64,000 nt of DNA from Euprymna scolopes. Lineage: Eukaryota. Where the stretch lies: assembly GCA_053919585.1 (NCBI GenBank), contig CM132799.1. The stretch is one strand, 5' to 3'. Positions 52,201 through 64,000 of the stretch are shown one piece after another. Each line of letters begins with the position of its first letter. Position 1 is the stretch's first letter. The position numbers were made by a program, and so were the translations under genes. A model generated the notes under the pieces. That model ran no database searches and was not told where the DNA came from. It saw only the letters and a list, made by a program, of their open reading frames with translations.

Positions 52201-53129
52201 CATTTCCCAAATGAAACATCAGTAAGGATGTCATGGGATAATTATATCTGTTTTTTATAGACTTAAATGAACGGTGGATATCTCAAAAAGTCTGTTACCG
52301 AAATATTTACCAGATCGGATATAATGTGTAATCGATGAAATCTATAAAAATTTCAATTTTGCTATTTTAGGAACACATACAGAAAATTCATATAATAATC
52401 TATTCAGAATGAAATACCTATTGTGTAAGACGTAAGCTATTACTGTTTAACTTACANNNNNNNNNNNNNNNNNNNNNNNNNNNNNNNNNNNNNNNNNNNN
52501 NNNNNNNNNNNNNNNNNNNNNNNNNNNNNNNNNNNNNNNNNNNNNNNNNNNNNNNNNNNNNNNNNNNNNNNNNNNNNNNNNNNNNNNNGAAACAGTGTTT
52601 CATGGTAAACAACTGATGATCCCTTGAAAAATAAATTATTGGTATTATAGTAAATTCGAGAGCGAGTTGATGCAGTGATTGCAGGTGATTAAATGACTTA
52701 CTGACTAGATGGTTTTCTAACGAATGATAAAAATATTTTTTTTGTATAGTTTTAAAGGTTAAAAACTTCCAAGACTATATATATATATATATATTAGACT
52801 TTTTTTCGCTTAAGAAATAATTGACAGATAAACTGTGGAATCTGCCTAATGATTATTCTGGGTTGAGGACCTTTGGAGTTTTTTGTACTTATTACTTTGG
52901 GGCTTTTATTCAAAGAATTTTCTTTTTAGTGTTTTACTTTTTGGTGTTTTTTCCAGACGTTATTGATTTGAAAATTGAACTTTAGCTTGCAGAGTTTTGA
53001 ACATTTTTAGACCTGTGCAATCAATATGACCGTTCTTATTTTTATTAAAATCACAGAAGACAGAAATTGCCAATTTCTAATGACAAAACTGAAAATAATA
53101 TTTCTGTAGACTTCTTACTCAGAAAGTGT

Positions 53130-53580
53130 TTTGAACTAACTTCTTTCTAATTATTTGTTCCCGAGTTAATTTTATTTCATGTAACAAATTAATAACTCAT
53201 CAATAAGATACCTTATCGTAAACTTTTTATTAATTAATTATCAATTAATTGATTGAACTGCGTGAAACCAATTAAAATGCCACCTGTAAAATACCTTTTG
53301 TGTCACTCCTACTTAATTTAACTTCATGTAACAAATAGTAAGATACCTCATCATCTCACCTCTAATTAGTTTAACTGAATGTAACCAATGAATATCCCAC
53401 CAGTAAAATACTGAATCGTATCACACTTACTTAATGAATGTAGCAAATTAATAATCTAATATTAAGATACCACATCGTGTCACCCCTAATTAATTTAACT
53501 TAATTTAACTGATTGATTAAACCGATGAACATCTCAACAGAAAAATACCGCACTACATATTCCCTTGATTGATTTAAACT
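53130..53580. repeat. Highly degenerate AT-rich tandem repeat (~60-65 bp period)
   Basis: Recurring TAATT.AACT...TGTAAC.AA...TAA.ATACC..ATCGT motifs. Confidence 0.5.
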
Positions 53581-54049
53581 ACATTAGCACACCAGTATAT
53601 AAATAATTTAAATGGCTTCTTGTTAGTAATTATTTTGTCTTTGATTAAATTTATCGCAAACCCATAAATATTTTTTATAAAAATAAATAATTTTATAAAC
53701 TAGCTATTCCTAGAAATAGTTTGTAAAAAGTGTTCGATTGTATTAACAGACCATTTACATACTTCATATTTTAAATGAAACTGAATAAATTAACGTTATT
53801 ATGAAATACTGTATTTCGTTAAAAAACATTGTATATATTCGAGGCACCAAAGTGATTAAGATGGTCACATTATATTTTGTGGGTCATAAATTTTAATATT
53901 TAGGGATGTACAACCGAAAATATGCCATAACGCGAAAAGAAAGAAAAACGTTCAAATTTAAAATTAATGCTGTATTTCTTGTTTTGTGTCCTTGGACTTG
54001 TATCCCACATGTATTTTTATATTAATTTTCTCAATCAGGCAGCTCTTCG

Positions 54050-54490
54050 TCTTTGTGTGTGTGTATGTGTGCGTGTGTGTGTATACCTGTGTTAGTTTGT
54101 TTCCTATGAACTCAAAAACGGCTGGGCTAGTTTTTATGAAATTTCACACGAAGGTACTTTTGTGCCTGTCATGGCTCATAGATAGGCTTTGTATGAGAAT
54201 GTCTTCAATTAGTATTGATAATTGATAATCCAAAAAGTCCAATAAAAGAAGGAGCAGGCCATTTCAACCAAAGTTAACACCTTACACAGCCTGACATCAC
54301 AAGTCCATTAAGGCCAAGCATATAAAATCAATAATATATTCTTTGATATGACAGGGGCGCGTTCGAAATGAATGTTTCGCTTTAGTGTAGAGTTGAATCA
54401 TGATACATGACTTTCGCATTTTTAACTTTAATTCGAGCTATTATAAATATATATAAAAGATAATTTTATAAAATCAACAGTAGGTTCTCT
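54050..54490 (+). mobile_element. Probable non-autonomous Helitron-like fragment
   Basis: (TG)-rich tract followed by GTTTGTTTCCTATGAACTCAAAAACGGCTGGGCTAGTTTTTATGAAATTTCAC, the style of motif seen near 5' ends of such elements. Termini not seen. Confidence 0.35.
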
Positions 54491-55470
54491 ACAGTGCAAT
54501 ATAGACGACAAAGTCTTGTGGACTAAGTCACTGCGGCGAGGCATGTGAAGCTTTCTCCCAATGCACCGCGATGGGTCCACAACAAGAGCAGGCAATCGAG
54601 CGATTTGATTGGAAAATAGGTGATTTCATCGATTTTAATGACAATAAAAATATGGGAGTCTTAAACTTTCGTTGTTCAGTTATTTATCATTCAATCCCGA
54701 GCAACNNNNNNNNNNNNNNNNNNNNNNNNNNNNNNNNNNNNNNNNNNNNNNNNNNNNNNNNNNNNNNNNNNNNNNNNNNNNNNNNNNNNNNNNNNNNNNN
54801 NNNNNNNNNNNNNNNNNNNNNNNNNNNNNNNNNNNNNNNNNNNNNNNNNNNNNNNNNNNNNNNNNNNNNNNNNNNNNNNNNNNNNNNNNNNNNNNNNNTG
54901 ACTTATTTATACGCTAACAGATTGGGAATAGACAGACAATACGCACTTTTGAATAACAAACAGCCTAAGAATAGACCACACGTTTCTTCTCCGCTTCACT
55001 CTGCATACAAAAAAAAAAAAGAATCTAAAAAAACTCCTCAGACATAAACAGCTTTAATAGGTAACATAAAAAAGGTAAAAACGAAGAGACATATTTTATA
55101 TTTTTGGTAAGTAAATTATTTTTGGGTTTGGCTTGTGCACCTATTTTCAAATGTATAATCAAAAATAAATTACGTATGGAGGGAAGTTATGAAACAATAT
55201 ATAACTGATAAATAATCATTGTATAAAAGTTGACAAAAGATTATGACAATAATCATAAAAATGACATCTAAGTTTGTTTATATAATTTTAATAAACTGAA
55301 AATCAATCCATATAATAATAATGCGCTAAGCCAACGTTTCTACTAGACGTTAATTTCTTACATCTATTCGTTTTAAAGATAAGATCGCTCAGTCGTGGAT
55401 ATAAGACGTTCAGTAACTAATGTCGCTGACCAACTTTCATAGGAGTAGAGCAACGAAACTTGGTACAGTT

Positions 55471-55865
55471 TTCAATCTTTCCCTACGTCGGAACCACCTA
55501 GAATTACACATTTTTCTCATCGTGTAATGTAGCTATGAAAATCGTTTGTGTAGAACACCCAAAGTTTGTCTTCTAACCATGACGTTACTTCGAAAATCAA
55601 GGCTGCAGCATCTGGAAAGCTCTTTCATTTCAAAACCAACTTTATGTCTGGAAAGAGAATAAAGTGAGATAGTGCAAGGTCAAGAAAGTACGAGGATTGG
55701 GAAGGATTTCATGCTTCTGTTTTGGTGGAATGTGCGTTATGGATCAAAGTGTTGTTTCGCAAGAGGGAGATAACTTTGCTGAATTTGCTGTGTCTCTTTA
55801 TTTCCTCAAATATATAGCATAATAGGCTGTTGTAATTGTGGTACTCTTTGCTAGAAAATCCATGG
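55471..55865 (-). mobile_element. Mariner transposase C-terminal remnant
   Basis: Reads MDFLAKSTTITTAYYA...PYFLDLALSHFILFPDIKLVLK*KSFPD...R*EKCVILGGSDVGKD*, a degenerate form of YSPDLAPSDF and WEKCV..GG.YVEK. Confidence 0.8.
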
Positions 55866-57297
55866 CTGTTTTTTTTTTATATATATGCCTGCACTATTGT
55901 CACCTAATATGCAAACGAGACACTTCTGCTTGGATATAAAAAGCCTGATTTTTCAGAAATTGTGTCGATATTTGGAGTTGGATGTTGGAGTAGCAAGTTG
56001 GATGTTGGAGTGCGTCGTGTTCTAGAGTTGGGTTTTGAGAGTAGAGTGTGGAATTTTGGAGTTGAGTTTTGACAGCAGAACGTCGACATTTGGAGTAACA
56101 AGATTTGACAACATATGTCGAGATTTAGAGTAGCGAGTTTTTGTCGAATTTAACCACACTAACTTTACAAAACCTCACTGGACGTTGTGTCAAACAATTT
56201 GTCAAGGCAGCTAAGTAAACATAGAGTGTTCTGTAATATTATTTGTGTACAAGAATAGGCTTGAAATTTTCCCTTACTATATTTCTCAGGACTGGAATCT
56301 TCGCGCTGTTACAAAAGATGGCAGAGGTTTTAATGTCAATTGTATTGATTTTCATATTGGAGCTGCATTTTTTACTTGTGATTTGGTTTTGGCTGTAAGA
56401 TCTTAGCGCCGTTGGTTATCCAGATTTTGTAGTGTAGATCCTCGCTTGGAAAAGATATAGATGATGTCAGTAATGTTGTATTAGAGGGTTACGTTTTGAT
56501 GTCTACATCAAAGGTCAACCACTTTATAGCGTTTGTGTATTCAAGAGATACTGCGTGTGTGGTCTTTGTCTTCGTGACTATCTGCCAACTTGTGCATATT
56601 GAATAGTTCTTTATCTACCCTGTTCTCAAAGAGAGGATAAGAGGTATACGTTATTCATGTTGGGTGTTTTGTCTTTGGTTAGTTGAACGCTCTCTTTTGG
56701 GGGTTTTACTTATCATGTTTGTTCGTACTAAATTGCGTCACCACGAGGGCAGAGTTAGATACAAGGTCGCTTTTACTGTGGAGAAAATCTATCCCCCTCC
56801 CTAAAATTAAGGGAACTTTGGATTAGAACAAAAACTTAAATAATGTCTTAGTTTAATAGGATATAAAAACTGAAATGTAGTATCAAAAGAGATACTTCAC
56901 TTTGCTCCAAACCAAAAGGTTAAGCATATGTCTAGTTGTTTTTTTTTAAATTAGAAGTGGGTATTTCGTACCAGTATAATTAAAAGAATCGTTTTGAATG
57001 AGCCAGAATCATTTTCATAGGTTAAAATGTGTTTGAAATCGTGATGTTTTTTTATTATTATTTCGGGAGCAGAGTATTAATTCAAGTATCTCTCTTTCTT
57101 ACTTGATATAGAAAAGATAAAATGAAAATGAAAAAAGTTAAATGAATAGAAAAGAAAGAGGATAGTTTATACAAGGAAGTATTCGTTTACATTTGTTTGC
57201 ATTACATCTCTATTTTCACATAACCTTACATCAAGTCTTACTCAACGAAAATACTAGCAGCAACCTATTCTGACCTTTTTCATATTATACATTTAAC

Positions 57298-57733
57298 CTA
57301 CCGGGGGTACCTGGCGTTGCCCAGGCGGGGAGCGACAGAGGCCTTAAATAAATAGCAGCAAAAAATTTATTAGCTGCAGTAGCCAGGCTCGAACTTGTAA
57401 TACTAAGAGGAAAAGGGGGTGAAAAAAAAGCAACCAGTTTAATCGTCTCGCCCATGTCACTTGTGACGTCACAGGTCTTCAAAATAACATCTTTTATACG
57501 TACATCGAGATTGCAGGGTGTGAATGACTTTGCAAAAATGTCGACACAAAAACCTTGGAAAAAATGGCCCAGTTGATGGTCAAAGACTTAATGTTTTTGT
57601 CCAAGTTTTGGATATTTGTCATTTGAGACACGGATCTTCTTAATGATATTTATTTTTTTAGTGTTCGTTGTGTGTGTTGAAATTTTTGAGAGACATACAA
57701 ACACACACACATTTTTCCTTTTATATATATAGA
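57298..57733 (-). mobile_element. Short non-autonomous Helitron related to 45245-47571
   Basis: A|TCTATATATATAAAAG 5' end. 3' hairpin CCTGGGCAACGCCAGG, and the terminal CTAG is mutated. Confidence 0.75.
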
Positions 57734-57749
57734 TTATGCATTAATTTAA

Positions 57750-57815
57750 GGAGAGTAGACAGTGCACCATGCGTTTAATTTCGGCAGCCTCATAACTCTC
57801 ACTTCATTTATTTGG
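57750..57815 (+). mobile_element. Isolated copy related to the 5' terminus of the subfamily-B LINE
   Basis: GGAGAGTAGACA..GCA..ATGCGTT..TCGGCAGC.TC.T.ACTCT..CTTC matches the reverse complement of 44172-44231. Confidence 0.6.
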
Positions 57816-58149
57816 CTTTAATCCTGACAAAGGGGGGGGCGAACTTCTGGTTTCTTGGTCGGAATGTATCATCCAATACTGATCGTTGATCTTGAAGTAG
57901 TTTAAAAAAAAGTTTTAGCTCTTTGCATCAGGTTGCTTCATACCTTGTCTAGAGCGATTTTCGGTAAAAAGAAAAGCAAAAAATATTTATCTCTTGGATG
58001 CAGTCTGTGATGACCTCAACATCGTTCTATGTCAATTATTTAGCATAAAATGGTTGTAGTTATTAATCATATCAACGCTTCACAAATCTATATCTTCCAG
58101 CCAGTATTTCCTCTATTAAGGCAAGACAAGAAGTTGTAAGCAGATTGGA

Positions 58150-58805
58150 AGGTTCAGAGAAACCTGTGATCAAAAGTTTGGGAGAGTTCAACGCATGTTA
58201 AAGTATTAAGCTCAGCATTGAAAAACACCTGCTGACTACATGTAGTCTACCAACCTGAACAGCCTGTACATCTTTACTGGTATTCCTCCTTCAGATGTGA
58301 GATGGGAAGTTGCTAGCTGGCTAGAGACCACAAAAGCTATCAGTGATGTATGCATCGCCTGAATCAATGGTCCAATGGCTGAAGAATCTACTTCAGCCAT
58401 GTATAACCCTAACAACATCTCAGGAAGAGATCAGTCTACAGCTGTGGATCAGACGACAGTGGTGCACCAGACAGCAAGAGTATGCCCTCCTCCTCCTACT
58501 GACATGGAAATCTCTTCTTCTGAAGCTCTCCCTCAATATTCAGAAACACTCTGGCTCGAGTGGAATGCACTCAACCACATGAGAACAGGAATGGGGCGAT
58601 CAAAAGCTGCTATGAAGAGATGGGGCTACAAAAGTGACTCAACCATCTGCAAATGTGAACTATGGGATAGAATACTGCCTTGTCTATTTTCTAATGCCCA
58701 ACTCATGCAGGTTGAAATATGTTGCAGGAATGCAAAGGACTGTGTAAAAAAATGTGAGAAACTGTTGTACGACTAATTGCTTCAAAGATACACACAAAAG
58801 AAGAA
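58150..58805 (+). mobile_element. Non-LTR retrotransposon 3' remnant (Ingi/Vingi-like)
   Basis: TGIPPSDVR and WNALNHMRTGMGRSKAAMKRWGYKSDSTICKC (LNRLRTG.GR...KWG...C.C motif), with an AAG-type tail. Confidence 0.65.
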
Positions 58806-59499
58806 TCCAAACATTAGATATCGAGTTGGTAGATTCACTAATACATAATTAGGTTAGTTGTGAATAACAGGAAATTGAAACAATTGAGAGCTTAGCCGAG
58901 TTTGACTTGATTATCCTAGGTTGAAAATTGCTTATGCTGTAGGAATATACTAGAAATGGATATGTTTCTACAAGACCAAAGAGAAAGGGTGATAGAATTG
59001 TAAGTCCATTAAGAGTTGGAATGTGAAAATGACATTGGCTGGCAAGAATAATTAATTAGTCATTGCTGTCTGTCTATTTTCACATTTCCCTGCCCTTCCA
59101 CCTCACACTGGTCAGTGATTTTGAACGAAGATTACATTGAATAACTGACCATTGTCTTCCATCAGTTTTTAGTTGAGTTAGTCTTTATGGAAGTCTAAAT
59201 AAAATGCTTTGATTGCAGGATAGCCATCCGTCTGTCTGTATCACATAGAAGAAGAGCTATTTCCATAAAACCATAGAAGCACATATGAAGAAGACAGCAA
59301 GCAACCAAGTTACGGATAAGAATTTGTGAAATTTAATGTTCCCGTAATGATGACAAGATCGAAAATGGAACACATGAATTGCATCAGTATTGGAAGTGTT
59401 TGTAGACAAAAACATATCTTGATGCTGACTTCTTTTAGATTACATTGTAGAGTTCTAATCGAAATGATTATTTCTTCTAAACTCGAATTTTTAAAAACT

Positions 59500-59720
59500 C
59501 ACTTAGTCTCTTGATAGAATTATCTTTCACTATCCAATTCTGTTGATTACCCTGGCTTCTGAATCTGTTGCAGGCCTTCAGCGTTGCCTTAAAGCCATCT
59601 TTGTATCTCTTGTGCTGACCTCCTCGGAAATGCCTCTCGGCAAGTTCACGGTAGGTCAGTGTCTTCGCTATAGTTATGTCAACAATGTCAACTACATTGC
59701 TTGCCCAGCACAAAATTATC
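59500..59720 (-). mobile_element. RTE-clade LINE remnant
   Basis: KTLTYRELAERHFRGGQHKRYKDGFKATLKAC resembles the RTE motif YGEL..G.R.RGGQKKRYKD.LK..LK. Confidence 0.6.
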
Positions 59721-60200
59721 ACACCTAATTATTTTGGTGTTATTCATATGTATTTTCTAATGTGTCATAACTTTTGTGTTATTGTCTGTTTGTCATGGGC
59801 GAGGTGTGAAGATCTTTTTATGTGATGCATAAAATTGTTCTTTGAACATAGTTTTAGACAACAACAGCAATTTAAATTTACCCGCCTCTCCTAAAGGGTA
59901 AAGTTAGGCACAAGGTCGGATTTCAATGTAATGAAAATTCAGTTCTTCAAACAGGGTTAGTCTTGAGTGGAACAAATTGACTCAATTTAGGAATTCTCCT
60001 GCACAAGGTATGAACAGAGTAGACTAAGTGTAGCATTGGAACAGATAGTACACTTTGTTTTTCGCCAATTTAAATGTTAACTTTATTGTTGCATGTAGTA
60101 CAAATATTTAAGTAAATAAACATTATTCTCTGTATCCAATGATAAGAAAATACTCAAGACTGTGAATGGGATGTTGGATACCATACTTCCCCTATTTATA

Positions 60201-60937
60201 CACAGACTTGGCAGAAACGAATAGACACCCATAGAAACAGTTTATTTCAATAAACATATAATTTATAAAACAAAATAAAAAAAAGTAAATGGTCACAAAT
60301 TTAAAAACTAATACTGTGTTGGGATTCCCTTTGTTGTTTTTAATGCTAGGGCCCTTTTAGGCATGGAATTAGTCAGTTGACGAATATCATTTTCAGGAAT
60401 TTCTTGCCATGTTTGATGCAATAATGCTAAAAGTTCAGACTAAGAAGATAGCTTCCTTTTCTTTTTGTAAACGTTCCGGTCTAATATGCTCCAAAAGTTT
60501 TCAATTTTCTTCATATACGGGGACTGACTTGGCCATGGAAGTTTATTAATCCCTTGCTAATTGCATGTTGCAATAACTATAAGTATGACAGCTTTGAGGG
60601 CGATGTCAGCAGTAGAAGGGGTATTGTAAGATTTCCTGCTAATTTGCATTGACTGAGACCACCTTCATATAGATCCACGATTTGTCCGCGGAGAAATTCT
60701 GAAAGGTGTGATGCTCCTTTGGTCCGTAGTATGCTTCAATGTTATTAGATGCAATTTTAATGAGATAATATAAGTTATTTCAGCACTATTTTTATCTGTT
60801 TTATATAAATAGGCATATATATTTTATTGTTTTATATAAATAGGCATATATATTTTATTGTTTTATATAAATAGGCATATATTAATCTTAGGAAATAATA
60901 TTTATCTTAGTATCTATTCTTTTCTACAATGTCTGTG
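60201..60937 (-). mobile_element. Internally deleted Tc1-like transposon
   Basis: Imperfect TIRs (CACAGACTTGGCAGAAACGAATAGACAC versus CACAGACATTGTAGAAAAGAATAGATAC) with TA flanks. N-terminal LSEFLRGQIVDLYEGGLSQ is joined to C-terminal LPWPSQSPYMKKIENFWSILDR...NSMPKRALAL...TQY*. A ~30-bp unit is repeated three times at ~60798-60882. Confidence 0.9.
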
Positions 60938-61332
60938 TATATGAGTGTACTAACAGCAAAAGAACGTCCATCTTGTGCCTCCTCAAAATAAGGATGGTAA
61001 ATTTTTAATTGGCTGAGAATATAAACGTTAAAAAACGGGTCACTGAATGTCATGTGACTATAATGACTGGAAGACTGCACTTTCTAAAACTGAGCCAAAC
61101 TCTATCTCATCTCGAAGGAGTGTTGCAAATGGATTCTTGGGGAGTATGACAGCTTTGAGGGCAAAAGCGTCTATCTTATGATAACCAACATCTTTTAGTT
61201 GGGAGCAATGTGTAGTATCTCTTCATCTTATCTGCTTGAAATCAGTGAGGATATCTCTTTCAAAACATGCTATTTTTATTTTTCCTATTCATGATTTCCC
61301 CTTTTGAGATCAATAATTATAAATAATAGATA

Positions 61333-61367
<35 letters not shown>

Positions 61368-61374
61368 ATTTATT

Positions 61375-61864
61375 TCCTTTCCCACCAAAGCAAATTAGGC
61401 ACAAGGCCGTTTTTAATGAAGGGTAAAAACCAGCTCCCCTAAAAGTAGGCATAAAGGGGGCACTCTGGTTATCAAAAATAATAACTGTCCCAGTATAGAC
61501 AGTTTCCCCTCCATTGATTGGTACAAATTATCTTAAGTGCAGCATCTGCAGAACAGATACTACACTTTGAGGTATTTATTTGCTCCCCTACTGAGCAAAT
61601 TAGACACAAGGCCGATTTTTAAAGTGAGGAGTGAAGGGGAAATGGGGACCAACTCCCCAAGGAGTAGGGGAGCTGGATAGTGACAATTGGTATGAAGGTT
61701 TGTCCCTACATTGACCAAAGTCTTATATGTGGGGTTGCCCCCACATATGGTCTTTGCTTGCAGCATCTGCCGGAACAGATACTACACTTTGATCCCGGCC
61801 CGAAGGCCAAGAAGTATTTATTTGCTTCCCCACTGAAAAAATTAGGCACAAGGCCGTTTTTTAA

Positions 61865-61931
<67 letters not shown>

Positions 61932-63520
61932 CGGAGGGAAAAGGGGACCAGCTCCCGATGAGTGGAAAATGGGAGCTGGATAGTGACAATTGGTATGAAG
62001 GGTTGCCCCTACATTGACCAGGTATTTCTTTGCTCCCCCACCGAGCAAATTAGGCACAAGGCCGATTTTTAATGTGAGAAGTGAAGGGGAAATGGGGACC
62101 AACACCCCGGGAAGTAGGGGAGCTGGATAGTGACAATTGGTATGAGGGGTTGCCCCTACATTGACCAAGGTCTTATATGTGGGAGCAATCCCACATATGG
62201 TCTTTGCTTGCAGTATCTGCTGGAACAGATACTATTGCTCCCCCACCGAGCAAATTAGGCACAAGGCCGATTTTTAATGTGAGGAGTGAAGGGAGGAGGA
62301 AGGGAAAAAGGGGACCAGCTCCCGAGAGGTGGGAAATGGGAGCTGGTTAAAGGTCAGGCATGTGGGGTTGCCCCCACATCTGGTCTTTGCTAGTCATAGC
62401 TAGTCATAGCTTGCAATATCTGCCGGAACAGATGGTATTTATTTGCTCCCCCACTGAGCAAATTAGGCACAAGGCCGTTTTTAATGTGAGGTAAAAACCA
62501 GCTCCCCTAAAAGTAGGCAAAAAGGGGGCACTCTGGTTACCAAAAATAATAATTTTCCCAGTATAGAGGGTTTCCCCTCCATTGACTGGCACAAATTATC
62601 TTAAGTGCAGTATCTGCCGGATCAGATACTACACTTTGATCCTGGCCCGAAGGCCAAGAAGTATTTATTTGCTTCCCCAGTGAGCAAATTAGGCACACGG
62701 CCGTTTTTTAATGTGGAGAAAGAGGGAGGGAGGGCGGAGGGAAAAGAGAACCAGCTCCCAATGGGTGGGAAATGGGAGCTGGATAGTGACAATTGGTATG
62801 AAGGGTTGCCCCTACATTGACCAAGGTCTGATATGAGGGGTTACCCCCACATATATGGTCTTTGCTTGCAGTATCTGCCGGAACAGATGGTATTTATTTG
62901 CTCCCCCACCGAGCAAATTAGGCACAAGGCCGATTTTTAATGTGAGGACTGAAGGGGAAATGGGGAACAACTCCCCGGGGAGTAGGGGAGCTGGATAGTG
63001 ACAATTGGTATGAAGGGTTACCCCTACATTGACCAAGGTCTTATATGTGGGGTCGCCCCCACATATGGTCTTTGCTTGCAGTATCTGCCGGAACAGATGG
63101 TATTTATTTGCTCCCCCACCGAGCAAATTAGGCACAAGGCCGATTTTTAATGTGAGGAGTGAAGGGGAAATGGGGACCAACTCCCCGGGGAGTAAGGGAG
63201 CTGGATAGTGACAATTGGTATGAAGGGTTGCCCCTACATTGACCAAGGTCTTATATGTGGGGTCGCCCCCTCATATGGTCTTTGCTTGCAGTATCTGCCG
63301 GAACAGATGGTATTTATTTGCTCCCCCACCGAGCAAATTAGGCACAAGGCCGATTTTTAATGTGAGGACTGAAGGGAGGGGGAAGGGGAAAAGGGGACCA
63401 GCTCCCGAGAGGTGGGAAATGGGAGCTGGTTAAAGGTCAGGCATGTGGGGTTGCCCCCACATCTGGTCTTTGCTAGTCATAGCTTGCAGTATCTGCCGGA
63501 ACAGATACTACACTTTGAGA
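61375..63520. repeat. Modular, hairpin-rich ~210-bp tandem repeat (10 core copies) with alternating cassette types
   Basis: Core GAGCAAATTAGGCACAAGGCCG(A)TTTTTAATGTGAG at ~61390, 61593, 61835, 62043, 62248, 62456, 62682, 62911, 63121 and 63331. The last three are exactly 210 bp apart. Confidence 0.95.
61869..61925. repeat. (GA)n microsatellite expanded within one repeat unit
   Basis: Direct reading; absent from the homologous unit at ~62715. Confidence 0.95.
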
Positions 63521-64000
63521 TATTAAATCTTTTATTCATGTTAAAAAAATACAGTAAAAATCAACGATGAAGAAAAAACTTAGGCACATGGCCAACTCAA
63601 AAGGGGGGATTTTGGGGGTCGTTGGTCATCCTTGTCACTCCAGAACTGAACAAAGTCAAAAGTTTCTCCCAGCTTGTATCTTCTTTCACCATAATACCGC
63701 ATTCACCCTTTCATATTGGGGGACGTCCTACTTAACTCCCAATTTTTGAAACATTTTTTATTGACGTGTAAAAACAAAAAAGATAACAATAAAATGGTAC
63801 AATAATTCATTTGTGTCGAGGGCGGGGGAAGAAAAAACAAAAGGTGATTAGTAGGACCCTCCCAACCCCGTCTAGTTGATAGACTGCCCGTTCCACTGGG
63901 TTTGAAAAAGGAACCTCGCTTCTGCGGGTCAGTCTCTAGGTGGGGATGCCCTCTAGATGGGGGTGAATGGAGAAAAGAAATGTTTGTGGGTAAGGGATGG

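Noticed and set aside
61375-63520. CRISPR-like repeat-spacer array or coding repeats (ORFs 61842-62168, 62812-63246)
   Set aside because: Inter-core segments are long, related and reused rather than unique. The ORFs are incidental products of a 210-bp (multiple of 3) unit and break in other units.

Overview
AT-rich animal (probably invertebrate) genomic scaffold with seven N gaps (~1998-2199, 6951-7113, 40525-40663, 44848-44990, 48193-48321, 52457-52588, 54706-54898). I found no host gene I can support. The window is dominated by a ~23-kb tandem array of a 27-bp unit (ACCAAAACTATCAGCATCACCTACACY, 8211-31300) with kb-scale higher-order structure. Its right end runs directly into a decayed CR1-type LINE at the position where the LINE sequence resembles the repeat unit. 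The rest is mostly decayed transposable elements: two CR1-clade LINE subfamilies (one near full-length), RTE, Ingi/Vingi-like, Ty1/copia and Penelope-like remnants, a near-intact DD37E Tc1-like element, other Tc1/mariner remnants, a Chapaev-like remnant, non-autonomous Helitrons, hAT-like MITEs and tRNA-derived SINE heads. One SINE head sits upstream of a degenerate hammerhead-ribozyme motif. A hairpin-rich modular ~210-bp tandem repeat lies near the right end. Family names come from motif recognition without database searches, and most boundaries are approximate.
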